NCBI GenBank assembly: GCA_031459625.1
Contig: JAVKIH010000001.1
Coordinates: forward strand, 108,316-172,315
Source of the DNA: Candidatus Geohabitans tengchongensis
Lineage (GTDB): Bacteria; Sysuimicrobiota; Sysuimicrobiia; Sysuimicrobiales; Humicultoraceae
Reading direction: 5' to 3'
Length of the DNA stretch: 64,000 nucleotides
Shown here one piece after another: positions 1-8,980 of the stretch. The translations under genes were made by a program, and so were the position numbers. Position 1 is the stretch's first letter. Every line of letters begins with the position of its first letter. The notes under the pieces are model-generated. The model worked only from the letters and a program-made list of their open reading frames with translations. It was not told where the DNA came from and did not search any database.

Positions 1-958
1 CATCGACGACGGGATCAAGCCGGTCTTCCGCGTCACGACGGGCAGCGGGCGGATGGTGGAGACCACCCTCACCCACCCCTTCCTCACCCCGCACGGCTGG
101 CGCGCCCTCCACGACCTCGTCCCCGGCACGCTCATCGCCGTCCCGCGGCGCCTGCCGGTCTCCGGCACCCTCGACCTGCCGGCCTATGAGGTCTGCCTGC
201 TGGCCTACCTGACCAGCGGCCGGCTGCCGCTCTCCCCCAGGCTGGCCACCGACTTCACCGACGCCCTGGCAGCGGGAGAGGCCCTGCTGGCCCGGCCGGC
301 GCCCCTGCCCGTCCCGCCGGTGCCCCCGCCCGCCGCCGTTGGGCCGGACCCGACGGCGGGGGCGCCGCGGGACGGTGGCGCTCGCGAGCAGGAGGAGGGT
401 CCCGGGCGCCGGCCGGGGGTGGGGTCCAGGCGCGGCGCGGCCGCCATCGCCGGCGGCGCGGATGCTGCGGCGGTGGTGGAGGTGCTCTACGCGCGCTACC
501 CGACGCTCCGCGGCGAGGCGGGGCAGCGGGCCGTCCCGCCGGAGGTCTTCCTCCTGCGCCGGGAGAAGCTCGCCCTCTTCCTCAACCGCCTGCTGGCGTC
601 GGCCGGCACGGTGACGGTCGAGGGGGAGGCGGTGAGCCTCACCGCCGTCCTCCCCTCCGTGCGCGCGGCCCGGCAGGTCCAGCACCTGCTGCTGCGCTTC
701 GGCGTGCCCGCCGCGGTGAGCGGCACGGAGGTGCGGGTGGGGCCGGCGGCGATGCCGGTGCTCCTGCGCGAGGTGGGGCTCCTGGGGCAGGAGCGGCTGC
801 GCCGCTGGGCCCGGAACCAGCAGCGGGCCCTGCTGGACGACGTCGACGTGATGTGGGATCCCATCGTGGCCATCGAGGAAGTGGGCTCCTTCCAGGTGTA
901 CGACCTCACCGTCCCCGGTACCCACAACTTCGTGGCCAACGACGTCTGCGTCCACAAC
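1..958 (+). mobile_element. Intein in the DnaB P-loop with a degenerate LAGLIDADG-like domain (N-terminus outside window)
   Basis: Block B-like TTLTHPFLT; block F/G VYDLTVPGTHNFVANDVCVHN ending at 958, followed by +1 Thr; remnant endonuclease blocks LLAYLTSG, FLNRLLASAG, QVQHLLLRFGV. Confidence 0.92.
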
Positions 959-1654
959 ACCACCTTCTGCCTGAACGTGGCGGTGGAGGCGGCGGAGCGC
1001 GCCGGGCCGGTGGCCATCTTCAGCCTGGAGACCAGCACCGAGCAGCTGGTGCAGCGGCTGCTCTGCGCCACGGCCCGCGTCGACGGCTCGAAGCTGCGCA
1101 CGGGGTTCCTGTCGGAGGCGGACTTCCAGCGGATCGGGCGGGCCATCGCCGAACTGGACGACCTGCCGATCTTCATCGACGACAGCCCCGGGATCACGGC
1201 CATCGAGATGCGCGCCAAGGCCCGCAAGCTCATGGCCGAGCACGGCCTCAGCCTGGTGATCATCGACTACCTGCAGATGATCCAGTCCTACCGGCGCACG
1301 GAGAACCGCACCCAGGAGATGTCGGAGATCGCCCGCGCCACGAAGTCGCTGGCCAAGGAGCTGAACGTCCCGGTCATCGGCATCTCCCAGCTCTCCCGGG
1401 CGGTGGAGATGAGCGCGGACAAGCGCCCCCAGCTCTCCCACCTGCGGGAGACGGGGGAACTGGAACAGGTGGCGGACCTCGTCCTCTTCATCTACCGGGA
1501 GGACTACTACAACGAGCACACCGACCGGAAGAACATTGCCGAGATCCGGGTGGAGAAGCACCGCAACGGCCCCACCGGCAAGGTGGAGCTCTACTTCCAG
1601 AAGGAGTTCAACCGCTTCGAAGACCTGGCCCGTCGCCGGGGAGGGCCGCCGTGA
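1..1654 (+). CDS. dnaB: Replicative DNA helicase DnaB, 3' part (5'-truncated by window edge), intein-containing
   Basis: After the intein end: TTFCLNVA, IFSLE, IIDYLQ, SQLSRAVE, RPQLSHLRETGELEQVAD, KHRNGPTG, all DnaB motifs. Frame is open from position 2. Confidence 0.96.
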   Translation, partial: IDDGIKPVFRVTTGSGRMVETTLTHPFLTPHGWRALHDLVPGTLIAVPRRLPVSGTLDLPAYEVCLLAYLTSGRLPLSPRLATDFTDALAAGEALLARPAPLPVPPVPPPAAVGPDPTAGAPRDGGAREQEEGPGRRPGVGSRRGAAAIAGGADAAAVVEVLYARYPTLRGEAGQRAVPPEVFLLRREKLALFLNRLLASAGTVTVEGEAVSLTAVLPSVRAARQVQHLLLRFGVPAAVSGTEVRVGPAAMPVLLREVGLLGQERLRRWARNQQRALLDDVDVMWDPIVAIEEVGSFQVYDLTVPGTHNFVANDVCVHNTTFCLNVAVEAAERAGPVAIFSLETSTEQLVQRLLCATARVDGSKLRTGFLSEADFQRIGRAIAELDDLPIFIDDSPGITAIEMRAKARKLMAEHGLSLVIIDYLQMIQSYRRTENRTQEMSEIARATKSLAKELNVPVIGISQLSRAVEMSADKRPQLSHLRETGELEQVADLVLFIYREDYYNEHTDRKNIAEIRVEKHRNGPTGKVELYFQKEFNRFEDLARRRGGPP

Positions 1655-1676
1655 CGGCGGGGCCCGAGTCCGGACG

Positions 1677-3080
1677 ATGGCCACCGGTCCCCCGGGGCGG
1701 CGGGCGCCGCGTCTCCGCCTGTTCCTCCTGCCCTGCGGCCCCCTCGCGCTGGTCCTCGCCTTGTCGCTCCCGCCATCCACCGCCGCCCCGGGGCCGCTGC
1801 CGCGCCGCGCGCTGTGGATCGAGGTCTCGGCCAACCTTTGGGCGCTGAGCACCGTCGAGGGGATCCGGGCCATCGTGGCCCGGGCGCAGGCGGCGGGGTT
1901 CGACACGCTCATCCCGGAAGCGAAGAACGCCTGGGGCTTCGTCCTCTACGACTCGGCTTTCGCCCCCCACATCCGCGCCTCGCACCTGCCGCGCGCGGGC
2001 TACCCGCCGCCGGCGACGTGGTACCCCGCCGACCACGACGCCCTGGCGGTGCTGGTCCGCGAGGCGCACGCCGCGGGGCTGCGGGTGCACGCGGCGGTGA
2101 ACGCCTTCGGGGAGGGGCTGACCTGGACCGGGCAGGGGCCGGCGCTGGAACGCCCGGGGTGGCAAGCGGTGCACGTCCAGCCGGGGCCGGACGGCACCCG
2201 CTTCGTCCCCGCGGCGGAGGCGGGCGAGGCCATCGTCTTCGCCAACCCGGCCCACCCCGAGGTGCAGCTCTACGAGCTCGCCGTGATTTGGGAGGTCCTC
2301 AGCCGCTACCCGGTGGACGGGCTGGTGCTCGACCGGGCGCGCTACCCCGACCTCACCGCCGACTTCTCCGACCTCTCCAGAGAGCGCTTCGAGGCCGCCA
2401 CCGGCCGTCCGGTGGCGCGCTGGCCCGACGAGGTGCTGACCTGGCAGGCGGGCCCCTCCACAGACCCGTCCGGATTCCGCCTCATCCCCGGCCCACGCTT
2501 TGCCGAGTGGGTGGCGTGGCGGGCGGGGGTCATCGCGGCGTTCGTCCGGGCGGCGCGGGCCCTGGCCAGGGCGCTGCGGCCGGACATCCCCGTGGGCTAC
2601 TACGTGGGGGCCTGGTATCCGGAGGCCTACCGCACGGGACAGAACTGGGGGAGCGGCCCCGCGGCCCGTCCTACCGGCCGGACCGATTGGTGGAGTCCCG
2701 CCTGGGAGGCGGCCACCCTCCTGCCGCACCTCGACTACGTCCTGGCCGGGCTCTACTCTCGCCCCGTCTCCCCCTGGGAAGCGCGGCGGCAGGGGGGCGC
2801 CTGGTGGCGCTCGGTAACCGGCGGGGCCCGGCTGGCGCGGGCGGTCGCCGGCCTGGTGCCGGTGATCGGCAGCGTGTGGCTGGACCTCTACCGGGACGAT
2901 CCCGCCGCGGGTGAGGCGGCGCTGCGGGCGGCGCTCCGCCACACCGCCGGGCTCATGGTCTTCGACCTCTCCGACGTCGAGGGGGGCGGATGGTGGGAGC
3001 GCCTGCGGGCGGTTGCAGGGATCGTGCCTGCAGGGCATCCTGAGGCGGGGCCGGCTGCGCCCTCCCCGGACGACCGTTGA
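1677..3080 (+). CDS. Secreted glycoside hydrolase-like family 10 (GHL10/DUF187-like) protein
   Basis: Hydrophobic signal; RALWI, AHAAGLRVHA, NPAHPEVQ, YPVDGLVLDRARYP motifs. ATG 1677 chosen. Confidence 0.75.
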   Translation: MATGPPGRRAPRLRLFLLPCGPLALVLALSLPPSTAAPGPLPRRALWIEVSANLWALSTVEGIRAIVARAQAAGFDTLIPEAKNAWGFVLYDSAFAPHIRASHLPRAGYPPPATWYPADHDALAVLVREAHAAGLRVHAAVNAFGEGLTWTGQGPALERPGWQAVHVQPGPDGTRFVPAAEAGEAIVFANPAHPEVQLYELAVIWEVLSRYPVDGLVLDRARYPDLTADFSDLSRERFEAATGRPVARWPDEVLTWQAGPSTDPSGFRLIPGPRFAEWVAWRAGVIAAFVRAARALARALRPDIPVGYYVGAWYPEAYRTGQNWGSGPAARPTGRTDWWSPAWEAATLLPHLDYVLAGLYSRPVSPWEARRQGGAWWRSVTGGARLARAVAGLVPVIGSVWLDLYRDDPAAGEAALRAALRHTAGLMVFDLSDVEGGGWWERLRAVAGIVPAGHPEAGPAAPSPDDR

Positions 3081-3112
3081 CGGTCCCCCGCACACTGGAC
3101 AGGAGCAGAGTC

Positions 3113-4660
3113 ATGCCTGAGGCCACATCTGCCGTCCAGCGCTTGCGCGAGCACCTGGCGCCGATCGTCGACATCCACGGGGCGCTGGCCATCCTGGGGT
3201 GGGACCAGCAGACCTGCATGCCGCCCGCGGCGGGTCGGACCCGGGCGGAGCAACGTGCCACGCTGGGGCGGCTGGCCCACGAGCTCTTCACCAGCGCGCA
3301 GACGCGCGAGCTACTGACCGCGGCGGAGCGCGAGGTCGACGGGCTCGACCCCGACAGCGACGAGGCGCGGCTGGTGCGGGTGGTCCGGCGCGACCTGGAC
3401 CGGGCGCTGCGCCTGCCTGCGGAGTTCGTAGCGGAGCGTGCGCGAGCGGCGGCCCTCAGCGTGGAGGCGTGGCGCCGGGCCCGGCCGGCGAACGACTTCG
3501 CCGCGTTTGCGCCGTGGCTGGAGCAGATGGTCACCTACGCCCGGCGCACCGCCGACTACGTGGGCTACCAGGACCACCCGTACGACGCCCTCCTCGACTC
3601 CTACGAGCCGGGCATGACCGCCGCCGAGGTGCGCGCGCTCTTCCACCGGCTGCGCGAGGCCACAGTGCCCCTCGTGCGGGCCATCGACCGGCGCGGGGCC
3701 ACGGTCGACGCCGCGTTCCTGCGGCGGGAGTACGACGAGGCACGTCAGGAGGCGTTCGGGCGGGAGGTGGCCGCCGCCTTCGGCTACGACTGGGATCGGG
3801 GCCGGCTGGACCGGGCCCCCCACCCCTTCGCCAGCGGCGCCGGGCGCGACGACGTGCGCATCACGGCCCGGTACCATCGCCGCTACCTGCCCACGGGGAT
3901 CTTCAGCATCTTCCACGAGACCGGCCACGCCCTCTACGAGCAGGGGACCGACCCCACCCTGGCCCGCACCCCGCTCGCCCGCGGGGCCAGCCTGGGGATG
4001 CACGAGTCGCAGTCGCGGTTGTGGGAGAACCTGGTGGGGCGCAGCCGGGCCTTCTGGCGCCGCTACTTCCCCACCCTCCGGGAGCTCTTCCCGGAGGCGC
4101 TGCGGGACGTCGACGTGGAGACCTTCTATCGGGCGGTGAACCTGGTCGAGCCGGGCCTCATCCGCACCGAGGCGGACGAGGTCACCTACAACCTGCACAT
4201 CATCCTGCGCTTCGACCTGGAGGTGGCGCTGCTGGAGGGCGCCGTGCGCACCGCGGAGCTGCCGGAGGCGTGGCGGGCCAAGATGCTCGAGTACCTGGGG
4301 CGCGCGCCGGCGACCGACGCCGACGGTGTCCTCCAGGACATCCACTGGGCGCAGGGTTCGATCGGCTACTTCCCCACCTACACCCTGGGGAACGTCATCT
4401 CCGCGCAGCTCTTCGCCGCCGCGCGCGCCGCGCTGCCCGACCTGGAGGCGCAGATCGAGCAGGGCGCGTTCGCCCCGCTGCTCGGCTGGCTGCGGGAGCA
4501 CGTCCACCGTCACGGGCGCAAGTTCCTGCCGCGGGAACTCCTGGAGCGGGCCACCGGCCAGGCGGTCACCCTGGAGCCGTACCTGGAGTATCTCTGGAGC
4601 AAGTACGGCGACATCTACGGCGTGGCCCGCGTGCCCGAGCCCAGCGGTGCTCCCGCATGA
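3113..4660 (+). CDS. Carboxypeptidase M32 (Taq-type)
   Basis: HPF, HETGHALYEQG, HESQS, IRTEADE, QDIHW, GYFPTYTLG; AGGAG RBS before ATG 3113. Confidence 0.95.
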   Translation: MPEATSAVQRLREHLAPIVDIHGALAILGWDQQTCMPPAAGRTRAEQRATLGRLAHELFTSAQTRELLTAAEREVDGLDPDSDEARLVRVVRRDLDRALRLPAEFVAERARAAALSVEAWRRARPANDFAAFAPWLEQMVTYARRTADYVGYQDHPYDALLDSYEPGMTAAEVRALFHRLREATVPLVRAIDRRGATVDAAFLRREYDEARQEAFGREVAAAFGYDWDRGRLDRAPHPFASGAGRDDVRITARYHRRYLPTGIFSIFHETGHALYEQGTDPTLARTPLARGASLGMHESQSRLWENLVGRSRAFWRRYFPTLRELFPEALRDVDVETFYRAVNLVEPGLIRTEADEVTYNLHIILRFDLEVALLEGAVRTAELPEAWRAKMLEYLGRAPATDADGVLQDIHWAQGSIGYFPTYTLGNVISAQLFAAARAALPDLEAQIEQGAFAPLLGWLREHVHRHGRKFLPRELLERATGQAVTLEPYLEYLWSKYGDIYGVARVPEPSGAPA

Positions 4661-7600
4661 GCGTCCGGCGCCGAGACCTCCGGCTCTCGCTCCCCTGGCA
4701 GCTCCTGGCCGGGCTGATGACCGCTGGCGCCGCGGGGTTTGGGGTGGGCGAACTCCGCGAGCTGGTCCCGTCGACAGGCCTCCTCTTCCTCTTCATGCCG
4801 CCCGTGGCCGCCGTGGCCTACGCGCTGGGCGTCTGGGCCGGTCTCGCGGCGGCCCTGACCTCGGCCGTGGCCGCCGCGGTGCTGGTCCTGCCGCCGGGCG
4901 GCGCCATCGCGGGGTCGGGGGCGCTCCCCCTGCTGGGGACCTACCTCGCCGTCACCGGGGCAAGCGCCGTCGTGGCCGCGCTCGCCCGACACATCGTGCG
5001 GCAGCGGTCGGGGCTGCTCGCCCTCGAGCAGGAGCGGCGCCGTCAGCAGAGCGCGCTGGTGGAGCTGAGCCAGCGCGCCCTGGTCGGTGGAGCACTGGAC
5101 GGCCTCCTCCAGGCTGCGGCCGAGCTCCTGGCCCGGGCGCTGGACGTCCAGTACGTCGAGGTCCTGGAACGGCTCCCCGACGGCCAGGCTCTGCGCCGGC
5201 GGGCCGGCCTGGGGTGGCGCCCGGAGCTGGCGGGGGAGGTCACGGTGGACGCGGGGCCCGGGACCCAGGCCGGGTTCACCCTGCTCGCCGGTGACGCCGT
5301 GGTCGTCGAAGACTACGCTGGTGAGAGCCGCTTCGCCCCTGCGCCGCTCCTGCGGGCACACGGGGTGTGCAGCGGGATGAGCGTCCCCATTCCCGGGCTG
5401 GAGCGTCCCTTCGGCGTGCTCGGCGTCTACACCGCGCGCCCGCGCCGCTTCACCCTGGACGAGGTGCACGTACTGCGCAGCGCCGCCTACGTGCTCGCTG
5501 CTGCGGTCGACCGCGAGGCCGCCGCTCAGGCGCTCCGCCGCAGCGAGGAGTGGTTCCGGGACCTGGTGGAGAACGCCACCGACGCCGTCTACACCCACGA
5601 CCTCACCGGCACGATCCTCTCGGTGAACGCCGCGGGGGCGCGCATGCTGGGCGCCCAACCGGAGGAGCTCGTCGCGCGCGACATCTTCGAGGTCGTGGCC
5701 CCCGAGCACCGCCAGCGGGCCCGCGAGATGCTGCAGCAGAAGCTGGCCGTGGGAGGGACGACACGCTACGAAGTCGACGTCCTGGCCCGCGACGGACGGC
5801 GCGTCACCCTGGAGGTGCACACGCGCCTCGTCACCGGGCCGGAGGGCGTCCTGGCGGTGGCGGGCATCGCCCGCGACATCGGAGAGCGCAAGCGCGCCGA
5901 GGAGGCGCTGCGCCGCCAGACCGAGCTGTACGAGGCGCTGCTGCGGGCCCTCGGGGAAGTGGGCGAGGGCTTCCTCATCCTGGAGGGCGAGCGCGTCGTC
6001 TACGCCAACGAGGCGTGTGTCCGACTCAGCGGGTATACCGTCGAGGAGCTCCTGGCCCTCCCGTCGGTCCTGTCCCTGGCCGCTCCCGACCAGCGATCGG
6101 TGCTGGAGGCGCGCCTGGCCCGGGCGCTGGCCGACCGGCCCACCGAGGACCACTACGAGACGGCCATCCTGCGGAAGGACGGCCGGCGCGTGGAGCTCGA
6201 GGTGGGGGTCCGGCGGCTGCGTGCGGGGAGCACCGTGCGCTTCATCGTGGTCGTGCGCGACGTCACGGACCGCAAGCAGGGCGAGGCGGCGCAGCGCTTC
6301 CTGGCCGACGCGTCGGGGTTGCTGGCCGGGTCGCTCAACTACCGCAAGACGCTGGCCCGTCTGGCGGACCTGGTCGTCCCGTACCTGGCTGACTGGTGCA
6401 GCGTCTACATCCTCGAGCCCGGCACGGAACGTCCCCAGCGCCTGGCGGTGGCCCACGCCGACTCCGCGCGGCGCGCCGTGGCGCAGCAGCTGCTCCACAC
6501 CCGGATGGCGCCCAAGGCGCCGGTGGTGGAGGCGATCCAGCGCGGCGAACCGGTCCTCCTCCCCCACGCCACCGCAGAGGCGGTCGTCCAGGCGACGGCC
6601 GGCAGCGAAGAGGTCGCCCTCTTCCGGGCGCTCGGCACGCGTTCCCTTCTGACCGTCCCGCTGCGCGCCCGCGGCCGGACCTTCGGGGTCATCGCCTTCG
6701 TCTTCGGCGACTCGGGGCGCACCTACACCCCGGCGGAGCTGGCAGTGGCCCGGCAGCTGGCCGAGCGCGCCGCCGTGGCGGTGGACAACGCCCGGCTCTA
6801 CCGGGAGGCGCGCCGGGCGGCCCGGCGGGAGCGCGAGACCCGGGTGGCGGTCGAGCAGGCCCGGGCGCGCCTGGCCTTCCTCGCCGAGGCGAGCAGTCTG
6901 CTGGCCACCTCGCTCGACTACGCCACGACCCTGCGCCGGCTGGCACGCCTGGTCGTGCCGCAGGTGGCCGACTGGTGCGTCGTCCACGCCCTCGAGGAGG
7001 ACGGGACGGTGCGGCGCCTGGATGTCGCCCATCGCGACCCGCAGCGGGAGGAACGGGTGCGCAGCTTCCTGAGCCGCGATCCGGCCATCGCCCCTCCCGC
7101 CGCCTCGCCCCTCGCCAGGGTCATCGCCTCCGGCCGCACGGTGCTGGTGCCCGAGGTCACGGAGGAGTGGCTGCGCACCGTTGCCCCAAACGAGGCGGCC
7201 CTGCAGCTCGCCCGCGACCTGGACCTCCGCGCCGTCCTCGCCGTCCCCCTCATCGCCCGCGGCCGGGTGTTGGGCGCCATCACCCTGGCCATGGCGGAGT
7301 CGGGGAGGAGCTTTGCGGACGAGGACGTCGCGCTGGCCGAAGAGCTGGCCCGCCGGGCCGGCATCGCCGTCGACAACGCCCGCCTCTTCGAGCGCGAGCG
7401 CTTCATCGCCCGCACCCTGCAGCAGGCCTTCCTGCCGGCGGAGCTCCCCCAGGTGCCTGGCCTGTGGCTGCACGCCGCCTACCTGCCGGGGGGCACCGCC
7501 GCCGAGGTCGGCGGGGACTGGTACGACGCCTTCTGGCTGCCGAACGGCGGGCTGGCGCTCTCCATTGGCGACGTGACCGGACAGGGCGTCGAGGCCGCGG

Positions 7601-8496
7601 TGACGATGGGCCAGGTCCGCCAGGCCATCCGCGCGGCCGCCTGGGACGAGGAGCGTCCCTCCGCCGTCCTGGCCCGTGCCGCCCGCCTCCTCTCCCTGAG
7701 CAGCCCGGAGAGCATGGCCACCGTCCTGTTCGGAGTGCTCGACCCGGTGACCCGCACCCTGACCTACGCCTCGGCCGGCCACCCCGGGCCGGTGCTGGCG
7801 AGCGCCTCGGGTGTGCGCCTCCTCCCCGCCAGCGGGCTCCCGCTGGGGATCCGCCTGGGCGGGCGGTTCCGGGACCACCAGGTGGTGCTCGAGCCGGGAG
7901 ACCTGCTCGTGGTCTACACCGACGGCCTCATCGAGCTGGACCGCAACGCGGTCGACGGCGAGCAGGCACTCCTCCGTGCGGCGGCGGCGGCGCGTGACGA
8001 CCCGGCCGCCGACCGGGCCCGCCGCATCGTGACCCAGGTCCTCGGCGACCGCCGGCCGCCCGACGACATCGCGCTGGTGGCCCTCACCGTGGCGCAGGTC
8101 CCGCTCTCGCACTTCACCCTGACCCTGCCGGCCATCCCCGGCGCCGTCCCGCTGGTGCGCCAGGCGCTGAAGCAACTGGCCGAAGCGATCCGCCTCCCGC
8201 CGGAGCGCAGCGGGGCGCTGCAGATCGCCGTCGGCGAGGCGGTGAACAACGTCGTCGAGCACGCCTACGGCATCACCCCCGGCCCGCTGCGCGTCCAGGC
8301 GACGGTCGAGGCGGGAGCGCTGCATGTGGTCGTGGAAGACGAGGGGCGGTGGCGCCCGGCCCGCGCGGACGGGGGCGGCCGCGGCCTCGCCGTCATGCGG
8401 GCGCTGGTGGACCGGGCGGAGGTGGCACCGAGTGCGCAGGGGACGCGGGTGCACGTGGTGCTGGCGCTCGCCGGCGCCCCCACGCCGGCCCCCTAG
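4657..8496 (+). CDS. Membrane-anchored GAF/PAS/PAS/GAF/GAF SpoIIE (PP2C) phosphatase fused to a C-terminal RsbW-like HATPase
   Basis: N-terminal TM helices; PAS/GAF repeats; VGGDWYD, GDVTGQG, AGHP, YTDGLIE, DDIAL; then EAVNNVVEHAY...GRGL. ATGA overlap with the upstream stop. Confidence 0.92.
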   Translation: MSVRRRDLRLSLPWQLLAGLMTAGAAGFGVGELRELVPSTGLLFLFMPPVAAVAYALGVWAGLAAALTSAVAAAVLVLPPGGAIAGSGALPLLGTYLAVTGASAVVAALARHIVRQRSGLLALEQERRRQQSALVELSQRALVGGALDGLLQAAAELLARALDVQYVEVLERLPDGQALRRRAGLGWRPELAGEVTVDAGPGTQAGFTLLAGDAVVVEDYAGESRFAPAPLLRAHGVCSGMSVPIPGLERPFGVLGVYTARPRRFTLDEVHVLRSAAYVLAAAVDREAAAQALRRSEEWFRDLVENATDAVYTHDLTGTILSVNAAGARMLGAQPEELVARDIFEVVAPEHRQRAREMLQQKLAVGGTTRYEVDVLARDGRRVTLEVHTRLVTGPEGVLAVAGIARDIGERKRAEEALRRQTELYEALLRALGEVGEGFLILEGERVVYANEACVRLSGYTVEELLALPSVLSLAAPDQRSVLEARLARALADRPTEDHYETAILRKDGRRVELEVGVRRLRAGSTVRFIVVVRDVTDRKQGEAAQRFLADASGLLAGSLNYRKTLARLADLVVPYLADWCSVYILEPGTERPQRLAVAHADSARRAVAQQLLHTRMAPKAPVVEAIQRGEPVLLPHATAEAVVQATAGSEEVALFRALGTRSLLTVPLRARGRTFGVIAFVFGDSGRTYTPAELAVARQLAERAAVAVDNARLYREARRAARRERETRVAVEQARARLAFLAEASSLLATSLDYATTLRRLARLVVPQVADWCVVHALEEDGTVRRLDVAHRDPQREERVRSFLSRDPAIAPPAASPLARVIASGRTVLVPEVTEEWLRTVAPNEAALQLARDLDLRAVLAVPLIARGRVLGAITLAMAESGRSFADEDVALAEELARRAGIAVDNARLFERERFIARTLQQAFLPAELPQVPGLWLHAAYLPGGTAAEVGGDWYDAFWLPNGGLALSIGDVTGQGVEAAVTMGQVRQAIRAAAWDEERPSAVLARAARLLSLSSPESMATVLFGVLDPVTRTLTYASAGHPGPVLASASGVRLLPASGLPLGIRLGGRFRDHQVVLEPGDLLVVYTDGLIELDRNAVDGEQALLRAAAAARDDPAADRARRIVTQVLGDRRPPDDIALVALTVAQVPLSHFTLTLPAIPGAVPLVRQALKQLAEAIRLPPERSGALQIAVGEAVNNVVEHAYGITPGPLRVQATVEAGALHVVVEDEGRWRPARADGGGRGLAVMRALVDRAEVAPSAQGTRVHVVLALAGAPTPAP

Positions 8497-8560
8497 CCGA
8501 GGTCGGTGTGGGGAGCGGGGCGGTGGCGGTGGGCGGTGTGCGAGGCGGGGGAGGGCGGGG

Positions 8561-8920
8561 ATGACGGCGCAGGGGGAGTTCGGCGTCGAGCACGAGCGGG
8601 GCGTGCCGGTGGTGCAGGTGAGCGGCGAGGTCGACCTGACCAACGCGCACGAGCTCGAGGCGGCGCTCGACCGCGCCGCCCGGGCCGAGTACGGCGCGGT
8701 GGTGGTCTCGCTCGTGCAGGCGGTCTACTTCGACAGCAAAGGGGTGCGGGCGCTGCTGCGCGCCGCCGACCGCCTGGCCACGATGCGCCAGCGCCTGCTG
8801 GTGGTGGCGCCTTCGGGGAGCGTGCTGCGGCGAATCCTGGAGATCGCCGGAGCGCCCGAGGCCCTGCCCACCTTCGACTCCCTGGAGGAGGCCCTCGCCT
8901 CGGCCACCGGCGAGGCGTGA
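8561..8920 (+). CDS. STAS-domain anti-sigma factor antagonist
   Basis: SGEVDLTNA and YFDSKGVRALL motifs, 119 aa, directly after the SpoIIE/HATPase gene. Confidence 0.9.
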   Translation: MTAQGEFGVEHERGVPVVQVSGEVDLTNAHELEAALDRAARAEYGAVVVSLVQAVYFDSKGVRALLRAADRLATMRQRLLVVAPSGSVLRRILEIAGAPEALPTFDSLEEALASATGEA

Positions 8921-8980
8921 GCCCGTGAGCCGGCCGGCCCGGCCGCATCCGGGCGGGTAGCGAGGGCCGGCCGCCGAGCG

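Noticed and set aside
3199..4656. N-terminal 486 aa of the 1765-aa ORF, suggesting a giant fusion
   Set aside because: Off-frame overlap with the carboxypeptidase gene; the real start is the ATGA-coupled ATG at 4657. The same applies to the extensions of ORFs 27718, 32519-34576, 53130 and 55054-57165.
4615..8643. Very long antisense and alternate-frame ORFs (e.g. 4615-8643, 25790-29443, 47033-49033)
   Set aside because: Shadow ORFs expected in high-GC DNA. They are Arg/Pro/Gly-rich, lack motifs, and overlap well-supported genes.
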